A stretch of 64,000 bases of DNA, taken from positions 295,527 through 359,526 of the forward strand of contig RHPI01000575.1 in the NCBI GenBank assembly GCA_009103225.1. The letters run 5' to 3'. Positions 63,120 to 64,000 of the stretch are shown piece by piece. Made by a program: the position numbers and the translations under genes. The number at the start of each line of letters is the position of its first letter. Position 1 is the stretch's first letter. The notes beneath the pieces are model-generated. The model had not been told where the DNA came from, did not search any database, and was given only the letters and a program-made list of their open reading frames with translations. This stretch comes from Chlorokybus atmophyticus (taxonomy: Eukaryota; Plantae; Mesostigma and Chlorokybus algae).

Positions 63120-64000
63120 CTACTCAGAGTCGGAGGCCGCCTTGCCCACTCGCCTCACATGCTTTTTGAAACACTTGTTCTCGCAAAAGAAGCGCCATCC
63201 GCCCTTCTCTTTTTCACAGCACCCGCAAAACCAAGGTGTACTGTTGGGGCACAAGCCACAACGCTTGCGTGCCGCCTGCCGTTCCATCCCAGTCAACTTG
63301 CGGCCTTTCTCGTTGTACACAAGTTTGCAAAGCCTATGCTCCTGAACGCACACACACATACGCACACAATGAGCGGCATGGGCAGCATCCCCACAACATG
63401 CACGACTGAACTTGATTGCTCAATGGCAGGGGTATATAGTTACAGCATGTTGCCGCTGACACTCACATGCCCTTGCGTATCTTTCAGAGTCAGGTGCACT
63501 TCCTTCAAATTATGATCGATAGGCTTGACAATGACCTGCTTGTCCCCCTCGCGAGATGCCTTCTTGACCGACCGCCCGCCACCGGCGGCGACAGCTTTCT
63601 GCATTCACAACTTTTGCATCTAAGGCATATTACAAGTTCACATAATGAAAATGATATCCACAACACTCACCGTTGGAGCCTCTTGTTGTTTTGTAGATGC
63701 ATCAGCACCAGTATTATCTGCCCTTTTAGCACGCTTGCGGCCGGCCTTGTTCTTCTGCTGCATTACATATTGATGTTTAGCAACACATATACGCATGTCG
63801 CATACGTAAGCAGATACTCACCGTGGGAACCTCTGCCTCTGCCTCTGCCTCCGCCTCAACACCCTCATCGACTTTGACTTTAGCAGCGCGCTTGCGACCT
63901 GTTCGGCACTTCTCCTGCGTAACAAACGTGGGTAAGGATGTTACAATGGCGCCGTTTGCAAGTATGCACGCGACCAATTTTGACAAATACATACACAAGC
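63120..64000 (-). CDS. 3' exons of a convergent gene: basic NLS-like repeats and a C-terminal piggyBac-type Cys-rich zinc finger; 5' part outside the window
   Basis: Phase-0 exons 'EKCRTGRKRAAKVKVDEG...VPT', 'QKNKAGRKRAKRAD...APT', 'KAVAAGGG...TQGH', 'EHRLCKL...RKRCGLCPNSTPWFCGCCEKEKGGWRFFCENKCFKKH...*'. Confidence 0.7.

Larger units (their letters stand above)
56500..64000. mobile_element. Mutator-like (MULE) element, probably two-gene and running past the window end; TIRs not identifiable
   Basis: MULE transposase, a convergent second gene, and a shared dispersed GATGCATC motif. Confidence 0.7.

Noticed and set aside
56550-63703. GATGCATC repeats as a CRISPR-like array
   Set aside because: Repeats are 8-10 bp, irregularly spaced and intronic, in a eukaryotic context with no cas genes.

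Overview
Intron-rich eukaryotic genomic window, probably from a green or streptophyte alga (inferred from the GT-AG introns and the NR, SBPase-like and DRM1/ARP genes). Host genes: a tandem-ABM protein (-), nitrate reductase (+), a secreted clostripain/C11 protease (+), an SBPase-like bisphosphatase (+), a DRM1/ARP homologue (+) and a PAS hybrid histidine kinase (-). About half the window is transposon-derived. Two elements stand out. (1) An 11.1-kb Ty3/Gypsy element (13740-24830, AATG target duplication) encodes a C5 DNA methyltransferase between protease and RT and has a PHD-finger integrase tail. Its terminal repeats are split (A1...B1-A2-B2) instead of paired LTRs, and its PHD+B1 segment is inverted between two CATG copies, as if by integrase. 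(2) A Mutator-like element (about 56.5 kb to window end) has exons that splice in frame into a YqaJ/lambda-exonuclease + KOW-like + MULE DDE + 2xSWIM fusion. It faces a convergent gene ending in a piggyBac-type Cys-rich finger and carries 23 copies of the palindrome GATGCATC, almost all in introns and a 158-bp tandem array, reminiscent of the VANDAL/VANC system. No rRNA, tRNA or CRISPR array was recognised. All analysis was by eye; exon boundaries and family calls need computational confirmation.
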